Assembly: GCA_944386785.1 (NCBI GenBank)
Contig: CALXCM010000001.1
Location: 15,952 to 79,951 of the forward strand
Direction: 5' to 3'
Source of the DNA: an uncultured Clostridia bacterium
Lineage (GTDB): Bacteria; Bacillota; Clostridia; TANB77; CAG-508
Length of the DNA: 64,000 nt
Positions 40,461 through 51,300 of this stretch are shown here, in pieces. Under the pieces are notes generated by a model that saw nothing but the letters and a program-made list of their open reading frames with translations, did not search any database and had not been told where the DNA came from. Positions within the stretch are counted from its first letter, which is position 1. Each line of letters begins with the position of its first letter. The position numbers were made by a program, and so were the translations under genes.

Positions 40461-40874
40461 CTACCTATAGTTATTAAAACTATATGTATTTTCACTTAAA
40501 TTAATTGTTACTAATATATTTGTTTGATTTTCATCATTTGCTTTAAACCTTATTTTTAAAACTCCGTTATTTTCTTGATATTGTTCCATATTTAAAGTAT
40601 CAAAATTTATTATACCATTTTCACTTAAGTATTTTTTTAAGTCTTCTTGAAATTTATTGTAATTTTCTATTTTACCTTTTATTTCATCTATATTTGTAAT
40701 ATTAATACTTAATCTGTCAGAGGTATCAACATTTCCTGCATCTGATACTGTGTTATGAAGATATCTATCATTTTCTTCATTGCTTTTAGGCTTTAAGCTA
40801 AATATTGTAATTATTATAATTATTATTGCTACAATTACTGCAATTAAAGCTATTAATATTTTTTTATTATCCAT
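40461..40874 (-). CDS. Small membrane-anchored protein of the T4SS island
   Basis: 137 aa with an N-terminal TM segment, in an operon with the hydrolase. Confidence 0.5.
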   Translation of the reverse strand: MDNKKILIALIAVIVAIIIIIITIFSLKPKSNEENDRYLHNTVSDAGNVDTSDRLSINITNIDEIKGKIENYNKFQEDLKKYLSENGIINFDTLNMEQYQENNGVLKIRFKANDENQTNILVTINLSENTYSFNNYR

Positions 40875-40888
40875 ATTATCTCCTACCT

Positions 40889-43800
40889 TTATTTAGAAAG
40901 AGCCCAATAGTTTTTAGCAGCTGCATCTATTTCGCTTTGACTAAACTTTCTATTATTAAATCCTTTGTATTGGTCTGAACCATTATACATTGATGGGTCA
41001 TGAATTGATATTGCTCCACTTCCATCTATTCCAACTAAAAGTATAAAGTGTCCTCCTGTTGTAAATAATCCTGGTCCTTGTGAACAAACTACTGCTTTTC
41101 CTTCTTGCAAAGCTGAGGCTGCAGCAGAAATATTTTTACCTAAGTTTTCACATTTTAATCCATAATGACTTGCAGCTCCTGTAATTAAGCTCCAGCTTGC
41201 TCCTTGATTGTTTATATAATATGTAGAACCTCCCCAAGCAACTACATCTGCTGGTGTAACTTCTTTTCCAGTTAATCCTGAAACTGCCATTGCCATTGAT
41301 GTAAATCCACATCCTCCTGTTGCTATATTTGTGTTTCCTAAAGGATTATTTCCCCATTTACTGTCTTCTTGGAAGTACACAGGGTATGTCCCGCCACTAC
41401 CAAATGAGTCTAATGGTCTTCCTTTAAATTGGTCATAATAGTTTTGAGCTGCTTCAATTCTTTGTGGTAATGAAGCTCCACTAGCTGGTCTTTCAAATGT
41501 CCAACAAAATGCTGTTGTAGATGTTGCAATATCTGTTGCATTTATCCATTGGTCTGGTACATATCCGTTATATGCCATTAATTGATATGATGCATATCCA
41601 TTTGCACCACCACCTGGTGTAAGCTCTCCTACTAAGAATTCTACTTGTATGTCTTCATCTCTCCAGTCTTTTCCTTTAGATTGAGCATAATTCATTAAGG
41701 CTGTTTTTCTTCCAAATGACCATTGACATAGACCAATACCTTCTCCTGTTCCACCTTCTATAGCTTCTGGGTTAAATCCTCCTGATTCATAATAAATATT
41801 TCCCATAGCACCTGCTGTTGCAATTTCTGAATATCCCATTTTTCTTAGGGCTACCCATACTTTTTCTTCAATTGTATTTCCTGCAATGCCATCGACAGAA
41901 GAGAAGTTTTCTGGATCAAATATTGAAAAGTCAAATTCTAATACTCCCCATCTTTCGCTTCCTGTTGCTCTATATAGTAGATATTTTGTTAAATCTACCA
42001 TTCCTGCTGTACTATCATTTTTTTCTAATATTTCAAATAACCAAGATGATACATTTAAAATATTTGTTTTTGCTTTTGAGTTTGAAGAAGTACAAAGTAA
42101 AGTTACAAAGTTTATTTCTGTAAATTCAAAATCATCATCTTCATAACCTGAGTTTGCTGTGTTGTTTTCGTCTACCTCAACATTATCATTAATACTTGTG
42201 TCAGTAGATGTAGTTCCAGAATTTCCTTCATTTTCTCCATTTAATGCTTTTAAACCATTTATTTGTGTTTCTATTGCATTTGTTAAACTTTCTGAATTTG
42301 AAAATCCAGTTGAATGAAGACTAACTACTGATGCAACTTCTTTGTTTTGGAATACTGCTACCCATTCTTCTTTTTCATCTTCTTCTCCATATGTATTTAT
42401 TATATCTACTATGTCCTCTGCACTTGATGCTGCTCCTTTAGATTTTATATAGTTATTTACTTCACTAAATAACTTATCTGACATGTCTTTACTTGGAACA
42501 TTTGGCAGATTATTTTTTTCATTATTACTTGTCTCTTCATTTGTTTGACTAGTATTGTTTTCTTCCTCTTCTTGTTTTTCTATTACATCTTCTTTTCTGA
42601 TTTTATTTGTTTTTTCTCTTATATGTGATGTTCCTTCAACATATTTTGTAGTTACTATTGTTGTTGATACATTTGTATTCCAATTTATCCTATTTACAAC
42701 ATGTTTACTAGATATTCCTGTTACTTTTTCTCCACTTTGTGCTTCTATCTCTTCTCTTAATCCTAATGGGTCTGTTCCTTGTTCTGTAAATGTAACATCT
42801 TTACTATAATCTGATTGTTCACTTGTTGTACTAGAAAATCCTGTTGTTTGAGGTTTTTGATATTTATATTCTTTTGTATAATCTACAATCCATGTATTTG
42901 CCCTTGTTAAACCTACATCTACTGTATTTGTTTTAGTAACTGTTGTTAATACTGATGTTATTGGTTCTTCTACTGGGCGTGTTTGTACATATGTTGCTCC
43001 CCCTTCTGTTGTTAATCTTTCTGTAATACTTGTATGTTTTGTATAATTATATGTTTTTACAACTGTTGTTACATTTAAACTATCATTTACTGTAATTTCT
43101 ATATTACTGTTATATACTAAGTCAGCTAATCCAAATACAAAGTCTTTATCTTCTGTTATAACCATCATTGCCCATAAATAGTCAAATGGCATTGTATAAT
43201 TTTTAACCATATCATAATAGTTTATATTTGTTGTTGTCATTTCATAAATTGTACCACTTGTTACACTTGGTGATTCTGTTGAGTCTCCTGGCTTGTAGCT
43301 TGATACTGTTTCTTTCCATGTTGCAACTTTTATATTATATTGTGTTCCTGTTCTAAATCCATCACTATATCCATTGCTGTTTTCACTTGTGCTACTTGTA
43401 TCAAATGCTACATTTTTCTTTGGATTTGCAAATATTACTCCGCCATAAAGACTGCTTAATTCAGATAATGATATTGTTCTTTCAACCCAATCTCCATTTG
43501 CTGCTGCTCCATATTGTCCATTTGTACACTCTGTTATAGCCCAATCCCAGCCATCTGTAGCACCATTTAAGTTACCTTCTTGAACAGTAACTTGGTCTCC
43601 TTGCACATCTATTACTATTCCAACATGGATTGCACCTACTGCTGAGAATACTGCTCCTGCTTTTGGAGTATTTGACCTTTCAAATACATCTGGATATTTA
43701 GCTGTTATATTATCTACCCATTGGTCACCATTTCCAAGACCATTTGCATCTAATCCATATATTTCATATACCCTTCCTGCTGCAAACCATGTACATTGTC

Positions 43801-45598
43801 CGTATTGGTAACCATTATATGGGTGTTTCCAAGCCTCTGCATTATCAAAGTTTGGTCTTCTTGTAGATGTTTTGCTCTCTACTTGGTCTTCACTTTCTTT
43901 ATTGTCATTATCTTTTTGGTCTTCGTCAGTTTCTTGAACTCCTGTGTCTTCTTCTTTTATTAGCTTACTTCTTATATTATTTACCCAAGTATTATAATCT
44001 GTAAAGTGTACTCCATCTGCTGTTTTATCTGGATTTAAATAACCATCATCTGTCACATATCCTGTTGTAGTATCTATAAAATATACATTTTCTTTCTGAC
44101 TACAATAACTTTCAATTTCATCATTATATGTAGAGATCATTGAATTCATTTCATCTGGACTAAACAAGTATCCCGAACAAGTCTTTCCAACTGGAAAAAC
44201 TTTTTGTATGTAAATATTTTTTCCGCTATATTTTTCTTGTAATTTATCTATTAATTGTTTCATAGAAGCTATATCATTAGGAGCATTTACCCCTAAAAGC
44301 ACACATACACTATTTACTGTACTTGCATCTGGCATTTGATTAAAATTGTTTAGCCAGTATCTTGCATGTTGTGATACTACTGCTCTATATGTAGTATTTT
44401 TAAGTGCATTTATATTTTCTTCATCTAACCAATAACTTTGTGTATGCGCTTCCTCTAAACCTTTTGTAATAGAGTCTCCAATAAACAACATTCCATCTAA
44501 TGACTCTACTCCATCTATTGTTTGACTTCCATCTGGTGCATTTGATTTTTCTAATGTGAAATGAGTAAGTGCTTTTTGTTTTGCTTCTTCAGAACCCGTA
44601 TTTATATATTCTTTTATATAACTATCAAATGTTTCTGGGTCTACATATGTCATTCTAATAGATGCACCCTCTTGGCTCCAATCTTCGCCTACCTGAGTAT
44701 ATCCTTGTTCTTGCATCCATTCACCAAATTCTAAAAGCCCACTTTCTTCTTGCTCTTCTTCTTCATTTTCATCTTTTGGTAAATATTTTTCTGCAACTTC
44801 CCTAAAGAAACTTTCTGACATGTCCTCGCTAGACCTTATTTCTTGTCTTGCTTCTGGGTGTTCTAAAACTGGTACCCAGTATTCTTTTTGTTCTTCTGGA
44901 AAGCCTTTGTCATCAAATAAGCCTTCTATTTTTTCTTTTGTGTTATACTTTTCATCTGAAGTATCTTCTCTTAATTCTTTTATTAATGCTTCAGATAACA
45001 TAACAAAACTGTTTCTTTCTTCTTCTTTTTTCTGCTCTTCTGGATGTTCTGCTAAATATTCATTTCTATATGTATCATAATCTTCTTTTAAAGTTTGTAA
45101 TTGTTCTCCTGTTAAATTAGAATTATCTTGAATAATATTTCTTTTTAACTTTATAATTCCTTGCATTTTAGTACTATCTGTTTTTAGTACTTCGTCCCAA
45201 TTTATTTCTTCGTCTGGATTTTCTCTAGTATCAGGATATTGTGTTACAATCTCTGCATTCATAAGTTTTGCAAGTTCTTCTGGTCCATCTAGGTATTCAT
45301 CTACTCTAGAACCTTCTTCTACCATCTTGTCCCATAACTCTTGAGCTGTATATGCTGTTCCTAATGTTCCATCTGCTGATATTGTTGCAGACTTTGTACT
45401 TTGTGCTGCTGCAAATCCCGGACTTGTCCAATCATCTTCTTTATATGTGCCATCATCTACTGTTATATAGTACACAAAACTACTAATTAAAATTATGATA
45501 GCAACAATAACCCCAACAATTATTGCTATTGGGGCTAAAGCTATTTTTATTGCATTTAGTGCTACTTTACCTATTTTCCTTAAAAAATCTTTATTCAT
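40889..45598 (-). CDS. Giant T4SS-associated cell-wall hydrolase: TM anchor, SGNH/GDSL esterase, CHAP, phage-tail-lysozyme-like domain, C39-like peptidase
   Basis: SGNH blocks FIGDSITKG and DGVHFTD. CHAP motifs YGQCTWFAAGR and IHVGIVI. Lysozyme-like block YYESGGFNPEA...GIGLCQWSFGRK. C39-like block GGCGFTSMAMAVS...GGHFILLVGID. Confidence 0.8.
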   Translation of the reverse strand: MNKDFLRKIGKVALNAIKIALAPIAIIVGVIVAIIILISSFVYYITVDDGTYKEDDWTSPGFAAAQSTKSATISADGTLGTAYTAQELWDKMVEEGSRVDEYLDGPEELAKLMNAEIVTQYPDTRENPDEEINWDEVLKTDSTKMQGIIKLKRNIIQDNSNLTGEQLQTLKEDYDTYRNEYLAEHPEEQKKEEERNSFVMLSEALIKELREDTSDEKYNTKEKIEGLFDDKGFPEEQKEYWVPVLEHPEARQEIRSSEDMSESFFREVAEKYLPKDENEEEEQEESGLLEFGEWMQEQGYTQVGEDWSQEGASIRMTYVDPETFDSYIKEYINTGSEEAKQKALTHFTLEKSNAPDGSQTIDGVESLDGMLFIGDSITKGLEEAHTQSYWLDEENINALKNTTYRAVVSQHARYWLNNFNQMPDASTVNSVCVLLGVNAPNDIASMKQLIDKLQEKYSGKNIYIQKVFPVGKTCSGYLFSPDEMNSMISTYNDEIESYCSQKENVYFIDTTTGYVTDDGYLNPDKTADGVHFTDYNTWVNNIRSKLIKEEDTGVQETDEDQKDNDNKESEDQVESKTSTRRPNFDNAEAWKHPYNGYQYGQCTWFAAGRVYEIYGLDANGLGNGDQWVDNITAKYPDVFERSNTPKAGAVFSAVGAIHVGIVIDVQGDQVTVQEGNLNGATDGWDWAITECTNGQYGAAANGDWVERTISLSELSSLYGGVIFANPKKNVAFDTSSTSENSNGYSDGFRTGTQYNIKVATWKETVSSYKPGDSTESPSVTSGTIYEMTTTNINYYDMVKNYTMPFDYLWAMMVITEDKDFVFGLADLVYNSNIEITVNDSLNVTTVVKTYNYTKHTSITERLTTEGGATYVQTRPVEEPITSVLTTVTKTNTVDVGLTRANTWIVDYTKEYKYQKPQTTGFSSTTSEQSDYSKDVTFTEQGTDPLGLREEIEAQSGEKVTGISSKHVVNRINWNTNVSTTIVTTKYVEGTSHIREKTNKIRKEDVIEKQEEEENNTSQTNEETSNNEKNNLPNVPSKDMSDKLFSEVNNYIKSKGAASSAEDIVDIINTYGEEDEKEEWVAVFQNKEVASVVSLHSTGFSNSESLTNAIETQINGLKALNGENEGNSGTTSTDTSINDNVEVDENNTANSGYEDDDFEFTEINFVTLLCTSSNSKAKTNILNVSSWLFEILEKNDSTAGMVDLTKYLLYRATGSERWGVLEFDFSIFDPENFSSVDGIAGNTIEEKVWVALRKMGYSEIATAGAMGNIYYESGGFNPEAIEGGTGEGIGLCQWSFGRKTALMNYAQSKGKDWRDEDIQVEFLVGELTPGGGANGYASYQLMAYNGYVPDQWINATDIATSTTAFCWTFERPASGASLPQRIEAAQNYYDQFKGRPLDSFGSGGTYPVYFQEDSKWGNNPLGNTNIATGGCGFTSMAMAVSGLTGKEVTPADVVAWGGSTYYINNQGASWSLITGAASHYGLKCENLGKNISAAASALQEGKAVVCSQGPGLFTTGGHFILLVGIDGSGAISIHDPSMYNGSDQYKGFNNRKFSQSEIDAAAKNYWALSK

Positions 45599-45614
45599 TT
45601 TTTTCTCCTAAAAG

Positions 45615-46538
45615 TTATATATTTATATTAAACTCTTCTTTCTCATTATTGTATTTTCCACTATCAAAGTTTGAAAATACTAATCTTCTTATGTCTTTTG
45701 TAGATATATATGTACTATAGTATTTTATTTCTAGTGTATTTGTTTCTCCTACACCTATTTGCATTTGTTCTTTTGTAAGTTCATGATTATATGAACTATA
45801 TTTAACTCCATTTCTGTCTTCTATATACATTGTATCTGGATTTTCTAAACTGTCTAATGTTATTTGTCTATCTCCTTCATTTTTAACAGTTATATTGTAT
45901 TTTTCATAATCCATATATGCATCTTTATAGTTTATTGTTATTGTAACTCCATCATTTTCTTTTGATTTTTCTATATTAGTTCTTCCAATATAGTTGTTTA
46001 TATTTAATTTATCATCATCTACAGTTATATGGTCTTGCATTACTTCTCCATTATTTGATTTTCCTGTTGCTAACATATCTGGTACTATATCTACTTTATA
46101 TGTATTATTTGCCCAGTTTTCTATTTCAAATGATTTTCTTTCTCCATTAAATATGTTGTTATAGTAATCTTCTTTTAGTTCATCTACTGTAGAAAACATT
46201 TCTTCTTTACATTCATCTGTTAGCATATTAAATGCATCTTCAAATTTTCCATTATTTAAGTTATCAAAAAATGTAGAAATTATTTTAGAATCATTTTCTA
46301 CTTTAGTTGTAGATACTGATTCTCCTAATGCTGATGTATTTCCTGATGTTACTGTTACATTTTTGCTTCCTGTATTTACCTTGCTAGTATTTAAATTTAT
46401 TGAATTTGGATTGTTTTCATTGTCTTTTGCTACAAATGAGTTAATAAGTTGTAGTAAGATAATAAAAAGGGCAATAACTATGACTGCTATCCAAATCCCT
46501 TTTCTATTTTGATCATAAAATCTTTTTAAGCCTTCCAT
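45615..46538 (-). CDS. Membrane-anchored protein, possible VirB8-like (NTF2-fold) T4SS component
   Basis: N-terminal TM segment plus FFDNLNNGKFEDAFNMLTDECKEEMF, an NTF2-like signature. This is inference. Confidence 0.5.
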   Translation of the reverse strand: MEGLKRFYDQNRKGIWIAVIVIALFIILLQLINSFVAKDNENNPNSINLNTSKVNTGSKNVTVTSGNTSALGESVSTTKVENDSKIISTFFDNLNNGKFEDAFNMLTDECKEEMFSTVDELKEDYYNNIFNGERKSFEIENWANNTYKVDIVPDMLATGKSNNGEVMQDHITVDDDKLNINNYIGRTNIEKSKENDGVTITINYKDAYMDYEKYNITVKNEGDRQITLDSLENPDTMYIEDRNGVKYSSYNHELTKEQMQIGVGETNTLEIKYYSTYISTKDIRRLVFSNFDSGKYNNEKEEFNINI

Positions 46539-46562
46539 AATTATTACCTCTTTCTATTTTAT

Positions 46563-49335
46563 TTACTTCCTAAATCCTTTTTTAAATTTATCAAATTTGT
46601 CTACTTTTCCTTTAGCTTGGTCTTTAGATTTTACTGCTTCCTCGTGAACTTGTCCCTTATCTTCAAATGCCTTTACTTCTTTATCCCAGAACTTATCTTG
46701 TTCAGCCTTAGAATAATCTTGTAGTTTTTGATGTGTTTGTGCTACCGCAATTGCTGCTTTTGTACTTTTCACTTCTCCAACATCTATCATTTGCTGCATT
46801 GCTACTACTTCGTCAATATCTGAAACATCACTATTTATAGCTTGTTCTGCTAAGCCGCCTTTTTTCAATATTTCTTTTGCTTTTTCTTCTCCAAATGTTC
46901 TTTGTATTGTTCCTTTATTCTCAGCTTTAAAATCTCTTAGTTTTGTTTTTAATAATAAATCATCATATTTAGGATCATTGTATGCTTGGTTATATGCTTT
47001 TTCATCTATTAATTTTGCATTTTTTCCAACTCCATTAGTTGCTATAAATCCAGCTGCTCCTGCACCTGCCATATATGATGCTACTTTACTTGGATCTCCA
47101 GTTCCTATAGTTGCTACTGCTGCCCCTGCTGCTAAAACAGAACCTACAGCCAATCCTGCTGCTCCTCTTGTAATAGCTTTTCCTGTAAATCTAACTGCAT
47201 TTCCTGGGAATTTTTTAATCTTATTTTGTATCTCTCTCTTACTTTTTCTACCTCTATCTGCTATTCCCGCTCTAATCGCTCCTACTTGTCTTGCAGCTAT
47301 TCTATAAGGTCTACTTGCTTTTAACTTACTCTCTTTTTCATTTTCTGTATCAGTTGCTTGTAATGTGTTTGTATCCATATCCTCTTGTTGGTTATTAGCC
47401 AATCTTATATTATCATTATTAGCTTCTTGTTGTTCTTGATTTTTATCTTCTGAATCTGTACTTGTAGTCGTTGCCGCTATTGCACCTATAGTTGCGCCAC
47501 TAGCCAATGCTTCAGCTGTATTATCGGTTTCTGCGTCTTTATTTTTAGAACCTTGTGAATTCTCGTCATCTAATAAAGCTTGTGTCCTATCTGCTCCACC
47601 CGCCATTTTTATTGAATTATTTTCACTATCTGATGAGTCAGAACCACTTCCTGAAGAGCCTCCTTTACTACTGCCACTTCCGCCTAAAGCCTTCTTTAGT
47701 CCACTTCCTAATTTATTTATTCCTGCCATTGCAAGAGCGCCTCCGGCTGCGCCTGTAAATGCTCCTGCTGTTTCAGATTTTTGGAATCCAAAGAAACTTC
47801 TAAGTAATTTTTCAGCTGGTATCATAAATCCTATTGCAACAATAGAATATAATACATTTTCTCCTGCTAAATCAAATGCTGATGTTACTAAAATATAATA
47901 TAATAATAGGTGTAATGGTTGTATTAATAAATTAAATATATACTCTTTAATCCATTTATTAAATCCTTGAGCACTTCCATCACTTATTTTATCTATTGGA
48001 TATGTAACTGCTACTAATGGTGCCATCAATGTTAAGAATGCCATATATAGTACCCTTCGTAAATATGTAAATACAAAAAATACTGTCATCAAGACTAATA
48101 CTGTAAAACAAATTGCTTTTCCTATATACGATGTTCCAAATTGTGCTAATTGCACATCTAATCTTAAATATCCAAGTAAATTAGTTGGATATAATACAGC
48201 CGCAGCATTGTCTCTATCAGATTGCTGTTTATTCTCATCTACATAGTAATCTTGTAAACCTGCCTCGTCTATGAAATCTTTTAATTTATCAGCTTTACCT
48301 GTATCTTCACTAAAAGGTATTAAAGCAAAATATGCTTGTTTATCCACACTAGAAGATATTACATCTGTTAATCTTTGTACAAGTGTTACTGAAAAAGCCA
48401 TAATATAGTGCATAAAGAATAATAGTACAACACCTATCAACCAATCCTGAAGCATTTGTCTATATTTTGCCTTATCAGATGATAATGTTGATAATAACAT
48501 TCTAATACCTATATATAATAAAACTATCATCATAGCAACCAATGCTATATTTCTAATTGCAACATACCATCTACTTATTGTAGAACTTAGCTGTGCTCCC
48601 ATATCTTGTTTAGATGTCTTAAATCCTTTTGTATCAATTTCTCCATTGCCGTCTGTATCTAAATCTTCACCATTTTTATCTTCGTAATAATAAAATTGTA
48701 CTGCTTTTTGAGGTACTCCGTTTTCATCTTTTATAACATTTCCACTACTATCTGTTTGTTCCTTTGTTGCCTCTTTTATTGTTTTTGGCTCTCCAAAGAA
48801 ATCCACATTAAATAACAATATTTTTCCTTGAAATATTTCTTCTGGACTTATTGAGTATGCTGGAAAATATATAGTGTCGGGTATAGTTTGTTCAGAATAA
48901 GATGTAACTGCTCCGAGAAACTTTATCAGCTGTTGCATCCGAAACAAGTGATGATCCATATACCCCTATTGTTACTCCTACAAGTAAAGGACCAATCAAG
49001 CCTCCTGTAAAGAATATTGCTGCCGCAGTAACTGCTGCTGCAAATATCCATACAAATGCTTGTCCTAATATTTCTAGCCATGTACTACCCATATTTGCTT
49101 CTAAAAGTGCATCATCTACTCCCATGATACTACTATGCAAAAGTCCCATCAAGCCATCTCCTAATGTTACAAATAATGATAATACCGGTGACAACAACTT
49201 TCCTCCAAATTCAATAGTATCAGACATAGTATCAGCTGCCTCTACTGGCTTTGCTACTGCAAATTGAAATAATAATATGAATATGAGCACTAAAATAATT
49301 TTGCTCCATATACTTTTATTAGTAAAAAACTTCAT
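46563..49335 (-). CDS. VirB6/TrbL-like polytopic T4SS channel protein with a long Gly/Ser/Ala-rich C-terminal extension, reading frame interrupted at 48915
   Basis: The signal/TM N-terminal ORF (49335..48892) joins the main ORF as ..DKVS-GAVTSYSEQ.. when the C of CGG (48913-48915) is skipped. It has multiple TM helices and sits next to the VirB4-like gene. Confidence 0.6.
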
Positions 49336-49353
49336 AAAGTTATCCTCCAAATT

Positions 49354-51300
49354 CTAGTTCTTTCTTCTCTTTGCTAATTGATTTAAGTTTGTTTCAACAA
49401 ACTCAAATTCTTTTCTCGTTGGTGTGATTCTTAAAATAGCTGTATCTGAACCTACTTTAAGCAATCCTTCTCCTCTTTGGCAAGTAACTAAGAAGTTTGC
49501 CTCCCCTTCTGAAAGTTTGAAAACTTCTTTTAGATACTGAATTTCTGATTTATCTTGTGCTAAGAATAATTTTGTATCAGAAGATGTTAGAACAGCTTGT
49601 GCTTCTGGTTTTTCATAAAAGTCTTGGAATCTTTGTGAAATGATTGCTAAAGAAACATTTCTTTTTCTAGCACGCCTTGCCATTTTATTTAAGAAATCTA
49701 CAGCTTCTGGGTAAGGTAATAACATCCATGCCTCATCTACTAAAACCCTTTTTTGTGTAGCTTTTGATCTATCTTCACTGTTTTTCTTAACGAATTTTTC
49801 CCATATCCAAGATAAAAGTATTTGTTGTGCAAGTGGTCTTGCAAATCTTTCTTCTAGTTGAGAAATATCTAGGTTTATAAATGGTGCTCCTTCTAAAAGT
49901 TCAAATGTAGATTGTCCATCAAAATATGCCATTTGTCCATCATATTCTCTTATATATTGTTTCATAACTTTTAGTAAGTAGCTATAGTGGAATTGATAGT
50001 CTGGGTTTGTATTATCTTTTGCCTTTGCCATAAGTCTTTTATACCAGCTACCAATTGTTGGCATTTTTTTCTTTCTTTTAGCTAGCATATTGTTTCCTTG
50101 CATACCTGTTGTGTTTTGTTGATATAGACTGTTAGGATTACTTGTAATTCCTAATGCTGCATATTCTTCTGCAACAGTTTCTGCAATTATTTGTTTTGTA
50201 AGCTCATTTACTTCTTGACTTTGTGTACTACCTTTTGCCATTGTAAGAAGACCTTGAGTAACATCTTCTACTTTATTTTCTATATTTAAAACTGTTCTAT
50301 CTCTTCCTGTTATTTCATCTTTTATAACTTCTGTTTCAACATCAAATATGTTAATTATTGTTTTTGATGTTGGACTAATTACAACATTTATTCCACCAAG
50401 GCTTTCTGCAACTATTGTATATTCGCCTTCTGCATCTAGTGCTAAACTTTCAATTCCCATAAGTACTGATGATCTAGATACTAATGTTTTCATTGTAACT
50501 GATTTACCAGCACCAGACTTAGCAAATATAACCATATTATAGTTTGAAAGTGTACTTGAAAAGTTATCAAATAATATTGGTGTTCCTGTTTGTTTATTAA
50601 ATCCAAGTGGTACACCTTCTGGGTGTCCTACTTCTGATGTTGTAAATGGGAAGACTGTTCCCATTGAGTTTCTATCAAATGTATGTGATTTACTTATTTT
50701 GTTATCCATTAGTGGTAAGTTTGATTGAAATGCTTCTTCTTGCATTCCCCATGCACTTTTTATTCCAACTAATGTTTTAGACATATCAGATGAAAGCATC
50801 TTTGTTTGTCTATCTAAGTCTTCCATGTTATATGTAAATAGTGTTGAAACTATTGTTGCTTCAAATAATTTGTTAAATCCTGCTGCTATTTCATCTCTCA
50901 ATTGTTCTGCTTCTAATCTTTTTTGAGAAATTGTACTTTCTCTGTTTATATTTCCTCTATCTGCTGCAACAATTCTTTCTGTTTCTAACTCGTTTATAAC
51001 TCTGTTTAATTCATTTTGAGATCTTTCTTCTTTTATTGGATTTATATATATTGATGTATTTATATCTCCAAATAAGTACATATCTCTAAATAGTTCTGGG
51101 AAAGTACACATTCTAGGTAAAGTAGATACATAAAAACTTCTAGCATATCTTTTTGTGTTTGAAATTATTTCTAAGTGATCTATTTTAGAAGCATCTATTC
51201 CTGATGGTGCTATTAAGTCTTTTATTGTTTTTCTTTTTAAGAAACTTACTTCTTGTTCTTCTTTTTTTACTTCTGTTTGCTGATTTTTATTTTTTCTCAT
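49354..51300 (-). CDS. VirB4-family T4SS ATPase (PrgJ/TcpF-like)
   Basis: Walker A FAKSGAGKSVT and Walker B VLVDEAWML. ATG at 51300 follows a GGAGGG RBS and overlaps the upstream stop codon. Confidence 0.85.
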   Translation of the reverse strand: MRKNKNQQTEVKKEEQEVSFLKRKTIKDLIAPSGIDASKIDHLEIISNTKRYARSFYVSTLPRMCTFPELFRDMYLFGDINTSIYINPIKEERSQNELNRVINELETERIVAADRGNINRESTISQKRLEAEQLRDEIAAGFNKLFEATIVSTLFTYNMEDLDRQTKMLSSDMSKTLVGIKSAWGMQEEAFQSNLPLMDNKISKSHTFDRNSMGTVFPFTTSEVGHPEGVPLGFNKQTGTPILFDNFSSTLSNYNMVIFAKSGAGKSVTMKTLVSRSSVLMGIESLALDAEGEYTIVAESLGGINVVISPTSKTIINIFDVETEVIKDEITGRDRTVLNIENKVEDVTQGLLTMAKGSTQSQEVNELTKQIIAETVAEEYAALGITSNPNSLYQQNTTGMQGNNMLAKRKKKMPTIGSWYKRLMAKAKDNTNPDYQFHYSYLLKVMKQYIREYDGQMAYFDGQSTFELLEGAPFINLDISQLEERFARPLAQQILLSWIWEKFVKKNSEDRSKATQKRVLVDEAWMLLPYPEAVDFLNKMARRARKRNVSLAIISQRFQDFYEKPEAQAVLTSSDTKLFLAQDKSEIQYLKEVFKLSEGEANFLVTCQRGEGLLKVGSDTAILRITPTRKEFEFVETNLNQLAKRRKN

